64,000 nucleotides of DNA. It comes from Octopus vulgaris (taxonomy: Eukaryota). Of the stretch, positions 38,701 to 50,570 are shown piece by piece (position 1 is the first letter of the stretch; the number at the start of each line of letters is the position of its first letter). The DNA is taken from positions 64,046,001 through 64,110,000 of the forward strand of contig OX597817.1 of the NCBI GenBank assembly GCA_951406725.2. Direction: 5' to 3'. The notes under the pieces were generated by a model. That model did not search any database. It was not told where the DNA came from and saw only the letters and a list, made by a program, of their open reading frames with translations. The position numbers and the translations under genes were made by a program.

Positions 38701-39280
38701 CTAATGTTTTCCCAGTTCTTTTTTTTTTTTTTTTCTATTTTTCCTCACACCTCTTTTCGCTTTTAAACAACAGTCTCCGAAGTGTTTGCTTGCTTATATA
38801 TATATCACAGCCTGCAGTTTTGGTTTACAAGTCAATATGACATCGAGACAAAATAACAGAAAAAAGTGACCGAGACCGAGTGATCATCATATATTACATA
38901 CAGAGGAAGAGAGATGAAGGGGATAAAGCGACAGGAAAGATGACAAGGAGAAGGCGCAGGGAAAAAAGGAAAACTTTACTCATTTAACTTGTTAAATGAG
39001 GAAGATTTATCATAAGATAAACAGTAATGTGCTGCTCGGTGAGACATGTGACTTACAAGCTCGACTGTCTGACAACAATTGTAGTATAACTGTCGATGTT
39101 AACAGCATGTAAGACAAACAACAACTACAATGTTTTCAGTCAGGCACATAGTAGCGATGACGGAGGCAGTGCTGTGTTTGATGGTTCACTGCACCACTCG
39201 TAACTCTCGCCTAGTTAACGCGAGATTTAAGTAGTTTTCTTTACAGTGAGTTATACGAGACACTAGCGTACTCTTTTACT
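38701..39280 (-). promoter_or_regulatory. Probable 5'UTR/promoter region of ERMP1
   Basis: Non-repetitive and relatively CpG-retaining sequence immediately upstream of the ATG. The TSS cannot be located from sequence alone. Confidence 0.5.
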
Positions 39281-39976
39281 TAATGCTCTCTCTCTCTTTC
39301 TCTCTCTCTCTCTCTTTCTCTCTCACACACACAATAGGAGAGATGTATGAACACATATATAAACCTTACTATTACTCTCTCTCTCTCTCTCTTCCTTCCC
39401 TTTTCTTTCCTCCCTTCTCCTTCTCCTCTCCTTCCGTTCTCTCCCTCCCTTTCTCTTCCCTCCCTTTTTCACTCCCACCCTTTCGCCTTCCCGTTTTTGT
39501 CTTCCTCCGTTTCTTTCTCACCCTGCATGCTCCTCAATTTTCACAGCGAGTATTCTCTTCAGTCACTGAATTGTCAGTGGCTGAGAATATCACAAATAAG
39601 TGTCGCCCTAACATAATTCTCTGACAGAATCAGCGTCACGTAATGTATGACAAGACTGTTTCTTAGAATTACAGATACGATCTGTCTGACAAGTTTATAT
39701 AAAATTTATTTTTACAGTTTCATTCTCAAGATATGTGTTGACCTAAGATCATAGAAAATGACACTTGCCCAAGAAGTCACGCAATAAGACCAAACTCGGA
39801 CCTCATGGTTATAAAGCAAACTTCTGAGCTATTCAGCCATTCTGCGCTCATCTCTCTCTCTCTCTCTCTTTCTCTTTCTCTCTCTATATATATCTTTCTT
39901 TCTCTCCCTCTCTCTCTGTATGTAATTCATTTTTAATATTTATTACTTATATTGTAGAATAAAGTGTATTCTAGAG

Positions 39977-40735
39977 GGATCTTTTCGGTTTGAACGGCAG
40001 TTTTTTCTAATAGTGTCATATGAAATTGTCACCCATATTTATGACCCTAGTATCGATCTATTGCATTTCAATCTGTTTTAGGGTTAGGGGTGGGGGGAAG
40101 GGTATCTTTTTTTCTTCACAAATGTAAATAAACCCAATCTGTGGATCTTTTCGGTTTGAACGGCAGTTTTTAACAATTTCTAGGTAAATAAAAAATTTTT
40201 AATTTCGTATAATGGTAGAATGTGTTTATAAAACATCTTTTTCTCTTGGCTTTATTGAGAAAATTCTATAGTTTGTAAGATATTTGTTGTTTTTTCTGCA
40301 ATTTCAACCAATCACTACGTCTATTGCGGTAAAAAGAACATTCTGTGCCGTATGAATATGTCCCTCGTTTAAGAAACAGATTGGGTTTATTTACATTTGT
40401 GAAGAAAAAAATATACCCTTCCCCCCACCCCTGACCCTAACCCTAAAATAGATTGAAATGCAATAGATCGATACTAGGGTCATAATTATGGGTGACAATT
40501 TCATATGACACCGCTAGAAAAAACTGCCGTTCAAACCGAAAAGATCCCAATCTGTTTCTTAAACGAGGGACATATTCATACGGTACAGAATGTTTTTTTT
40601 ACCTCAATGGACGTCATTGATTGGTTGAAATTGCAGAAATTGAAGAAAAGACAACAAATATCTTACAAACTATAGAATTTTCTCAATAAAGCCAAGAGAA
40701 AAAGATGCTTTATAAACACATTCTACCAAAGATCC
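39977..40735. mobile_element. GG..CC MITE with 8-bp TSD (Merlin-like), outer copy with shortened right TIR
   Basis: Starts GGATCTTTTCGGTTTGAACGGCAGTTT and ends AAAGATCC. Flanks TTCTAGAG (39969-39976) and CTCTAGAG (40736-40743). Confidence 0.82.
40143..40547. mobile_element. Second copy of the same MITE, inserted in inverted orientation into the first
   Basis: Complete ~28-bp TIRs. Perfect TSD CAATCTGT at 40135-40142 and 40548-40555. Confidence 0.92.
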
Positions 40736-40895
40736 CTCTAGAGTACTGTTGCTGAAGGTTTCTCGCTCAGAGATTTAGAACTAATAGTTTTTCTATTTAT
40801 TGTATTATATTATTATAAGAATATAATACAATATACCATTGTGCTAATATATTTTAAATTTTGAATTACCAGTTATAAATCTCCATTTTCTATTC

Positions 40896-40979
<84 letters not shown>

Positions 40980-41011
40980 TTTATTTAAAAGCAGCAGAAA
41001 TTCAACAAAGC

Positions 41012-41049
41012 CTGTTACTCGGAGTTTCACGTTCCCGTTCGTCAGACAG
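41012..41049 (-). ncRNA. Minimal type I hammerhead ribozyme motif within a Penelope-like terminal repeat (40980-41135)
   Basis: Minus strand reads CTGT-CTGACGA-ACG GGAA CGT-GAA-ACTC C GAGT-A-ACAG. Both core boxes are intact, stems I, II and III pair, and the cleavage triplet is GUA. Confidence 0.82.
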
Positions 41050-41132
41050 TTTTGTTAAAAATAAAGCATCTTACTCTACCCCTGGTATTTGAGTACTCTT
41101 TTTCCACCTTGTTTCACATATGTGTTTACTCC

Positions 41133-41186
<54 letters not shown>

Positions 41187-42078
41187 TATACAGGTTTATA
41201 GATCCGTTACACCTAATTAAGAGAGAACAAGCAATAAAATCTCTATTGTATATGGTATCTATTTACAAGATATTAGATAACTGGACAAGTTATCTAATGT
41301 GCTCTTCAGAGATAGCAGGTATAGAAAAAAAAAAGAACATTCTATTGACAAATTTATGAGTGCCCATCTTTCTAACATCGCAATTCTCATATATGTGTAA
41401 TGTTTCTCGCCCTGCTACCCTTTATGACCTTTGCATTGAAATCTATCCTGACAGTGTGAGTGAATTTGTGTGCTAGCACTTTCTTCAGAACATGACAGAA
41501 TTCCGCCTCTTCATCATCCATCGAAACATGTAAGAGCATAGATCTGGCTGATCTTGAGTGAGGCATTTCCTGAGTGATGAATTGTTTAGCATCTTAATGC
41601 ATGATGAAGGTAAATTGCAGGATGCGATTCTGAATATCTACTTCCATTCAATGAAACCTATGTAATTTATTTCTCTTACACCCTCTTCTTTTTTGCAGCC
41701 TCATACCATGTTTCACACTCATAGCCTGTCACATTTGACTTAACTTCCCCCCTCCCCTCTTTAGAACGAGCAGATAGCTTCTTTTTTTTTTTTTTTACTT
41801 GTTTCAGTCATATAGTTATGCTGCTGCACGACATTAAAACTTTTAAACAAATAAAATGAATCTAGTACGTATTTTATCAGTCACTTTTGCTGAACCACCA
41901 AGTTATAGGGGGTGTAAACAAGCCAACACTGGTGGTCAAGTAGTTGTGAGGTAGAAAACACAACACAAGGACATATATACATATATATATATATATACGC
42001 ACACGCACACATACATACATACATACATACATACATACATACATACATACATACATACATACATACATACATACATAG

Positions 42079-42450
42079 ATTGTGGCACTCCGTCGGTTGC
42101 GATGACGAGGGTTCCATTTGATCCGATCAACGAACATCCTGCTCGTGAAATCAACATGCAAGTGGTTGAGCACTCCAAAGACATGTATATTACGTAGTTA
42201 GCGGGGAGAATCAGCGTGACACAGAGTGTGACAAGGCTGGCCTTTTGGAATACATGTACAACAGAAACAGGAAGAAAGAGAAAGTTGTGGTGAAAGTGTA
42301 CAGCAGGGTTCGCCACCACCCCACTGCCGGAGACTCGTGGAGCTTTGGGTGTTTTCGCTCAATAAACACTCGCAACGCCCGGTCTGGGAATCGAAACCGC
42401 GATCATACGACCGCGAGTCCGCTGCCCTAACCACTGGGCCATTACGCCTC
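42079..42450 (-). mobile_element. Full-length tRNA-derived SINE, family C, within (CATA)n; degenerate partial copy at 1-110
   Basis: Head GGCGTAATGGCCCAGTGGTTAGGGCAGCGGACTCGCGGTCGTATGATCGCGGTTTCGATTCCC, with A and B boxes, followed by a ~300-bp body. Confidence 0.8.
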
Positions 42451-42451
42451 C

Positions 42452-42566
42452 ACATACATACATACATGCATACATACATACATACATACATGCATGCATA
42501 CATGCATACATACATACATACATACATACATACATACATACATACATACATACATACATACATACA

Positions 42567-42596
<30 letters not shown>
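42452..42596. repeat. (CATA)n microsatellite; others at 42008-42076, 50056-50117, 50495-50568
   Basis: Directly visible. Confidence 0.95.
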
Positions 42597-42597
<1 letters not shown>

Positions 42598-42972
42598 TTG
42601 TATTTTATCAAAGAATGAAAATCACTGCAATATCATGTTTTAATGTTAGTAGTTGTAATAACAATAGATATTCCTGAATATTTTAGAGGTTCTTATTGAT
42701 TTCAAGCAAATGATGAAACATTGCAGTAGGTAAAAGGGTTATCATCAATGATTTGTTAATGCACTATGAGTTGTGTGTGTTCCATGATTTGATGAAAGGA
42801 AAAGACATCTGAATAATATTCCACATATGTGTAATCATAGAGATAGATGTGTGTGTGTGTGTTTTCCAGTATAAATTTTTTCAAGTTCATACAAGGGAGA
42901 TAACTTTTTAAAGGAATGTAATTTAGACAAATGTAGCTATTTTGAGAAATAATGATTGATAACAGAAATGCT

Positions 42973-43404
42973 GGCGATGCTTCGGTTGTCGTAGCACAAG
43001 TTTCCGTCGATTTCCGTAAAAAAACTTTTATTTTTTTACATAAGTAATGAGAGCGAAAGAGACTAAGAGGAAGCGATTTTATGACGAGGAAATTTCTCTT
43101 TGAAGTCCCCGTGTGTGTGTTTGATGGGGTGTGGGAGACAGACAGTATGTTGTGTAAGTGAAGTGCTTCTGTTAGTGTGTGCGAAGAGACAGAGAGAGTA
43201 ATGTGTGAAAGAGAGAGATAACTGAAATTTTTTACTCGGTGTATGTGTATATGTATGTCTGCATGTATGTGTGTGTATGTATGTGTGTGTGTATGTATGT
43301 GTGTATGTATGTCTGTATGTATGTATGTATGTATGGCCGATTCAGTGTTTACATTTTTTACGGAAATCGACGGAAACGTGTGCTACGACAAGCGAAACAT
43401 CGCC
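42973..43404. mobile_element. Second GG..CC MITE family (Merlin-like) with ~50-bp TIRs
   Basis: GGCGATGCTTCGGTTGTCGTAGCACAAGTTTCCGTCGATTTCCGTAAAAA and its inverse. Perfect TSD GAAATGCT at 42965-42972 and 43405-43412. Confidence 0.88.
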
Positions 43405-44273
43405 GAAATGCTAAACTCGCACTGAAGATATTGCAGCATGGCCACAATACTTTGGCAAAAATTTGTAGATGAACAGGAACACACACACACACATATATCA
43501 CCATCACTTGCTACATTCATGTCTTTCCCATCTCTAAACATATCCCTGCACTGCTATGGAACTTCCCCCTGTATATCTTCAGTACTTCCCCCACCACTGT
43601 TCTCCAACCTCTCCAACACCATTTATTTATTTCTCTTTCACACTGACTTTCTCTCTATATCTCTCTCACTCTATCTCCCCTTCCTCTCCTCCTTGTCTTA
43701 CTGGCGTAGCCAAGTATCTCCTCTATAGTAACACAACTATCTATGTCTCTCTCTATTACACTCTAACCTCTTGCCTGGCTCACAGCCACTGCCTTTGGTT
43801 CTGCTCCCTCTCTTAACTAAGGGGTCTTCATCTTGTAAGCCACTTGGCAACCCCACTGGTGCCAGTGTCACATAAAAAGCCCCCTCTACACTCTGTAAAG
43901 TGGTTGGCATTAGGAAGGGTATCCAGCTGTAGAAACAAACAATTTGAGCCTGGTCTAGCTCTCTAGTTTGCCAGCTCCAGTTTAACTGTCCAACCCATGA
44001 CAACATAGAAATAAATGATGATGATGATGATGATCATCATCATTATCATCATCATCATCAATCATTATTCTACTTTTCCATATTTACATGAATCAGATGA
44101 AATTTTTGAGGTATACTTTCTGTGGCTGGATATCTCACCTGTTTCCAAACAAGGCTATATTTCCAAGACATGTTCTCAGAAAAGAGTGGAAATAGAACAC
44201 TGGTGGTATATTGGTGACACATATTTACAACAACTTTGTGATACACACACATACATACAAACACACACAGACA

Positions 44274-44339
<66 letters not shown>

Positions 44340-45404
44340 TACACATGTGATGGGCTTCTTTCAGTTTTCATCTACCAAGGCTTTGATCAACCAAGGACTA
44401 TGGTAGAAAACACTTGCTCAAGGTTCCACACAATGGGATTAAATCCAAAAAATGTGGTTAGGAAGTAAACTCCTTAATCACACATCCATATCTGTACTTA
44501 TATATACATACATACACATATATATACATTCATCATCATCATCATAATCATCATTTAACCTGTGGCCAGTGCCCCCTAACTGGCTCCCATTCCAGTGGCA
44601 CGTAAAAAGCCCTATCCAAATGTGGTCGATGCCAGTATCCCCTGACTGGCACTATCCAAACATGATTGATGCAAGGCCCTCCTGACTGGCTCCTGTGCCA
44701 GTGGCACATAAAAAGCACCCACTGCACTCTTGGAGTGGTTGGCATTTAGGAAGGGCATCCATCTGTAGAAACATTGCCAGATCAGATTGGAGAATGGTGC
44801 AGCCGCTGGCTCTCCAGACCTCAGTCAAACCGTCCAACCCATGCCAGGATGGAAAATGGACATTAAATGATGATGATGATGTCCATGCTGGCATGGGTTG
44901 GATGATGTGACCAGAGCTGGCAAGTTGTTTTTTTTTTTTGGGGGGGGAGGGGTCTGCAGCAGACTTCAGTCTGATTTGGCATAGTTTCTATGACTGGATG
45001 CCCTTCCTATCACCAACCACTTTACAGAGTGTGCTGGGTGCTTTTATATGACACTGCACAGGCACTTTTACTGCACAGGTGTTTTTATGTGGTACTGCAC
45101 AGGTGCTTCTACATGGCACCACATGGGCACTTTTACATGACGCCACATGGGTATTTTTGTGTGACACTACACAGGTGCTTTTATGTGACACTGCATGGGT
45201 ACTTTTATGTATCATCACATGGGCCACATATATGTACATATTTTTTAAACATGTAAATATATATATATACACACACACATAACCTAAAAACACTACATTC
45301 CATTGGCTTGCTGTTTACAAGTGTTTTCATATTGGAAGACCATCTGCAACTGATTGCTATGCAAACTCTATCAAGAGTTTTCCTGTCTAGATTTGTTATA
45401 AAAT

Positions 45405-45545
<141 letters not shown>

Positions 45546-46018
45546 TGTGCCAAGAATTTCATATCTTCACTTGTCTTAATGTTGAAGGTGAAGTGGGTGT
45601 GAATTGGTGTATTTTTCTGAGTCACTTCCTGGATTTGTAAGGTTGTATACTGTGGGTGTAGGAAATTTCTCACTGAAACCATTGCTTGCCAAAACCTTGT
45701 TGTGGTGAGAGCCACTCTATCAAAGAGGAATAAAGGTTAGGAATTATAATCATAATGTTTATTGATTCATTTTCTAAAATCTATAATGTTTATTTATACA
45801 TTTTAGCTTCTAATTAGGTTTATAGAAGAGTTTGTAAATATCTGATTCTAAGTTAACCAGTCCATATTAGTAAGATTGGTGCCTACAACAGTTGTCAGTC
45901 TCAGAGTATTGAATGTCATGATGAAGTTTTTTCTAATGATATCTAAAGTGTAGCCATTAATTGGATGCATATATATCATTTTTACTTTAGTAGAAAATTA
46001 TATATCAGAGCTAGTCAA

Positions 46019-46058
<40 letters not shown>

Positions 46059-46197
46059 CGCAAATGCATGCATTCATGCACACTCACAAACACACACACA
46101 CACAGACACACACATACATACATGCACACACACACACACAAACAAACACAAACACACACATGTATATATGTATGTATATATATGTATGTATGTATGT

Positions 46198-46198
46198 G

Positions 46199-46272
<74 letters not shown>
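46198..46272. repeat. (GATA)n microsatellite
   Basis: Directly visible. Confidence 0.95.
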
Positions 46273-46273
<1 letters not shown>

Positions 46274-46389
46274 GAAGAGAGAGAGAGATTAAAATATAAA
46301 GTGAAAAAGCAAAACGTTTGGCACCACTTGAAAAAGAAACATTTAATTTAGGCAGAGAATATGTTTATAATCTTTATCTGTTTACATTC

Positions 46390-47830
46390 TCCTTGTGTGC
46401 GAATGGCTATACTCCATGGTAGTGAGACATGGGCTCTGAATGCAGGAGACATGCATAGACTGGAGAGAAATGAAAGTAGTATACTCCATTGGATGTGCAG
46501 CATCAGTGCACATGTACAGCAAAGTGCAAATGTATTGAGAGAAAAGTTGAGCATATGAGGAATCAAATTTAGCATGCAAGAGAGAAGACTACATTGGTTT
46601 GGACATGTGATGCATATGAATAAGGACAGCTGCATTAAGAAGTGCCAATCACTGAAAGTGGATGGTACCCGCAAAAGAGGGAGACCCAGTAAGACATGGG
46701 ATGAAGTGGTGAGGACCAATCTCAGGAAGTTGGGCTTCATGGAGGAAATGACAATGGACCGAGATGTCTGGCTATATGAAGTTCTTGAGAATACCTGCCC
46801 ACATCAGCAAACTGAGTTCTAGAAGTGCTGTTTTCCCTACCCACAATAAAGAAAACTTCTCACAGACTCTACCACAACAAACCAAACTACATCTCTAGAT
46901 CTCTTCTCCTCCTCACATTTTCGCTCCAAGCTCTATGCTTGCCTCCAAGTCCCCACTCCTAACCTCTTAGTTCTGTGCCACAATATCATTGCTCTTTGTT
47001 TATCCCTGATGTGTTCTACCCATATGCCTTATCTTACTGTATTATTGCTATATGCTAGCCCCTGACCTGTGTGTTCCACCCACACGTAACAAGTAAACTT
47101 TTCCCTCATTCTACCCCAACAAACCAATCTATATCTCCACATCTCTTCTCTTTCTCACATAACCTCCTTCATACACTATGCCTAGCTCTCATTCTCCAAT
47201 CTTGTCCTCACAGTCCTGTTCCTCTGCATCATTGCTATATGGTATGCCCCTGACTCTATATATACCCAGGTTTTTCACCACTTACTTGCACCTTTAATCA
47301 TGCTTCATTCACAATATCCTACCACATATATTATGGCGTTGGAACCTCAAGGGTATGTCCTGACACTTGCCACCATCTCTATCTCTCTCTTCCTTTACTC
47401 AACCATCCCATTTGTATTCTGATCCCCATTTGTCGTGAGTATGCCTGGCATTTTGCAACCATATCTATACTGCTGTCTCTCCTTCTCCTGCACTTCACTC
47501 AAGTTGGATGACTGTGTATTTCCTTTGTGGTAGCACACCTGTTTCTATCTTCATTCCTGATCTCTCTCTTTCCAGCCAGGTAACCTTATACTTCCTTTAC
47601 AGCAAGACACTTGTATCTGTCTCACTATAATCTTTCATCACCCAACACAAGATCACCTCCTCCAATGCCTCCTCCTCTCTAGAATGATTTTTTTGTTGTC
47701 TTGCAAGTACTTGGTGACTCTGTCAGTGCAGGTGCCACTTAAAGGCATCCAGTCCACACTGTAAAGTGGTTGGTGTTCGGAAAGGCATCCAGTTGCAAAA
47801 ACCTTGCCAAAACCGACTTTGCCTACGTTT
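46390..47830 (+). mobile_element. Degenerate RTE-clade LINE 3' portion
   Basis: ORFs 46361-46558 and 46574-46822 contain ILHGSETWAL..LERNE..LREKL and RRLHWFGHV..RKRGRPSKTWDEVV. A long pyrimidine-rich 3' region ends in the shared tail motif. Confidence 0.85.
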
Positions 47831-48058
47831 GTATCAGGTAAAAAGCACTACTAACCTTGCATGTGCTTGTGTCATTCTGTTGAGTGGTTGGTGTTAGGAA
47901 GGCATCCAGCTGTAAAAATCCTTCCAAAACAGTCACAGAAGACTGGTGCAGGCTTCTGCCTGGCTGGCTCTTGTGAAACCATCTCACCCATGCTAACATG
48001 AAAGGTGGACATTAAACGCTGATGATGATGATGATGATGTATATATAGTAAGGTATCA

Positions 48059-48129
<71 letters not shown>

Positions 48130-48665
48130 ACAGATATCTTTCAGTCTCTATCTAACAAATCCGCTAAAGATTTTGGTTTGCTAGGGCTGTGGTAAAAGAT
48201 ACTTACACAAAGTATTACACCCGTGCATTTATACACAAACATATATAATTGTAGGTGAATTAAATTTCATATGTTGACTCTGTTATATGAACCCATACTG
48301 ATGTGAAAAAAATCTGGTGGGTTCTGATATTTTGACAGGGGTTGATTCTTTATCAAAGATCAACATTTTTCATGCTTGCAGACAGCTGGAAGAAGAAATC
48401 CTATGAAATATTTACTACATCACAATCATAACTCCATCAATTTGCTAATTATGATTTGATCACATGACACATATTAGAGACTATATTGTGAATTAATGAG
48501 AACATTTTTTTAAAAAGATTATTGCAGGCATAACAGCAAACATTTGGTTTCAGCTTTGGTTTCAGTCCCACCATGTGGCACTTTGGGCAAGTATCTTCTA
48601 CTATAGATACCCAGCTGACCAATGCCTTCTGAATGAATTTGTAGACAGAAATTATAAGGAAGTCC

Positions 48666-48745
<80 letters not shown>

Positions 48746-49437
48746 TCTTTGGGTTGGTGTTTGTTCCCCATCACCAATTGATACTGGTGTTGGTTGGATT
48801 GCATCCCCATAACTAAGCAGGTCAACTGAGTCAACTGAAGAGATCAACAGAATAAGTACCAGACCTTAAAATAAGTACTGGGCTTGATTTATTTGACTAA
48901 ACCTTTCAAGGCAGTGCCCCAGAATGGTGACAGTCTAATGACTGAAGCAAGTGAAATCAGCCAGATTTGAGAAACTTAGGTCCCACAGATGAAATTATGC
49001 ATTCTAAACACATGAAAAGATATATCTGATATATTCAATCCATACTAATTATAGTAGAATATAGATACAATAAGAAAGCTTTTGCTGAAAATAGCATTCG
49101 TGGTAACAAGAAAAATATGTATGTAAATCACAAAAAATCAATCAATAAAATATGACCAGCAACATGATACCACAATCATGAAATCACTAAGTATTCATCA
49201 CTGTTAAAATTATTTCATCCAATAAAACTGACAATAACATAGCAACCACTCTCAGCCTCATATTGCTATGTTTAATAATTAAGTGGTCAGGAAGGATTTA
49301 ACCTCAGTTGATAATAACCATTATTATATCTATGTATAATATCATTGTCGTTGTTGCTGCTGTTGTATTTGTTTTTGTTGATATTACTGTCTAATCCCTG
49401 GATAGCCTTGCTTGATCAAAGAAATCTTTTTTATATA

Positions 49438-49608
<171 letters not shown>

Positions 49609-49664
49609 GTGTACATATATATGTATATACATATATATGTATATATATATATGTATGTATGTAC

Positions 49665-49701
<37 letters not shown>

Positions 49702-49888
49702 CATATATTGCTATGAATTATGATCATGCATGTATCCTTTCTATTTTGTATCAGGTGGTACATTTAGTTTGTTCATTCACTGCATATAGGTTTATTGTTG
49801 TAATCCTAAATAATTCATAATATACATGACCATTTATGGTGTCTTGTTACCAAGTATACAACAATACACACACACACACACACACATG

Positions 49889-49928
<40 letters not shown>

Positions 49929-50120
49929 TATTGACCTTCTTAAGATTTAAAGGATGAAGGTTAAAGCAAGATACTTCCCTTCACAATCTTGCTACCAAGT
50001 AAATAACCAGTCAAAATTTACTCTAAAATTAAAAGGAGAAAGAACATGCATGCATGCATACATACATACATACATACATACATACATACATACATACATA
50101 CATACATACATACATACTTA

Positions 50121-50460
50121 CATATGTACCTATCATCATAGGTGTGTTAGGTTATATACCAACATATTTGCACAAAAACCTAGACATACTTGGTTTAACA
50201 GAAAAGGAGCAAAAGAAAATTATGCGGACTCCCTATATCCAATCTATTAGTGACACAGTGAAGGTTTGTAAGACATTCTAAAAATTCTCTATCTGAGATT
50301 CTCATGTGAATAGATGCACACACTTGGGTGTATGCATCAACAGTTCAGCCAACACACCAACACAACCACATATTTACTCTCTTAATTCAAAAAGTTTCAT
50401 TGCTTTGTTAGCAACCAGCTTAAATTCTCTAAAGAAGAACTTAAATTAAACTTTAAAAAT
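50121..50460 (+). mobile_element. 3' end of an R4/Dong-like restriction-like-endonuclease non-LTR element
   Basis: VPIIIGVLGYIPTYLHKNLDILGL..IQSISDTVKVCKTF* resembles the RLE C-terminus (PIIIGALG..L..LG..Q..GT). Flanked by (CATA)n and (CATC)n(CATA)n. Confidence 0.7.
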
Positions 50461-50539
50461 CCATCCATCCATCCATCCATCCATCCATCCATCCATACAT
50501 ACATACATACATACATACATACATACATACATACATACA

Positions 50540-50570
<31 letters not shown>

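Noticed and set aside
40077-40092. TTAGGG repeats as an interstitial telomere
   Set aside because: Only two to three units, internal to the MITE and present in both copies.
42370-42450. tRNA gene
   Set aside because: Acceptor and T stems do not close as a proper cloverleaf, and the sequence continues into a SINE body.
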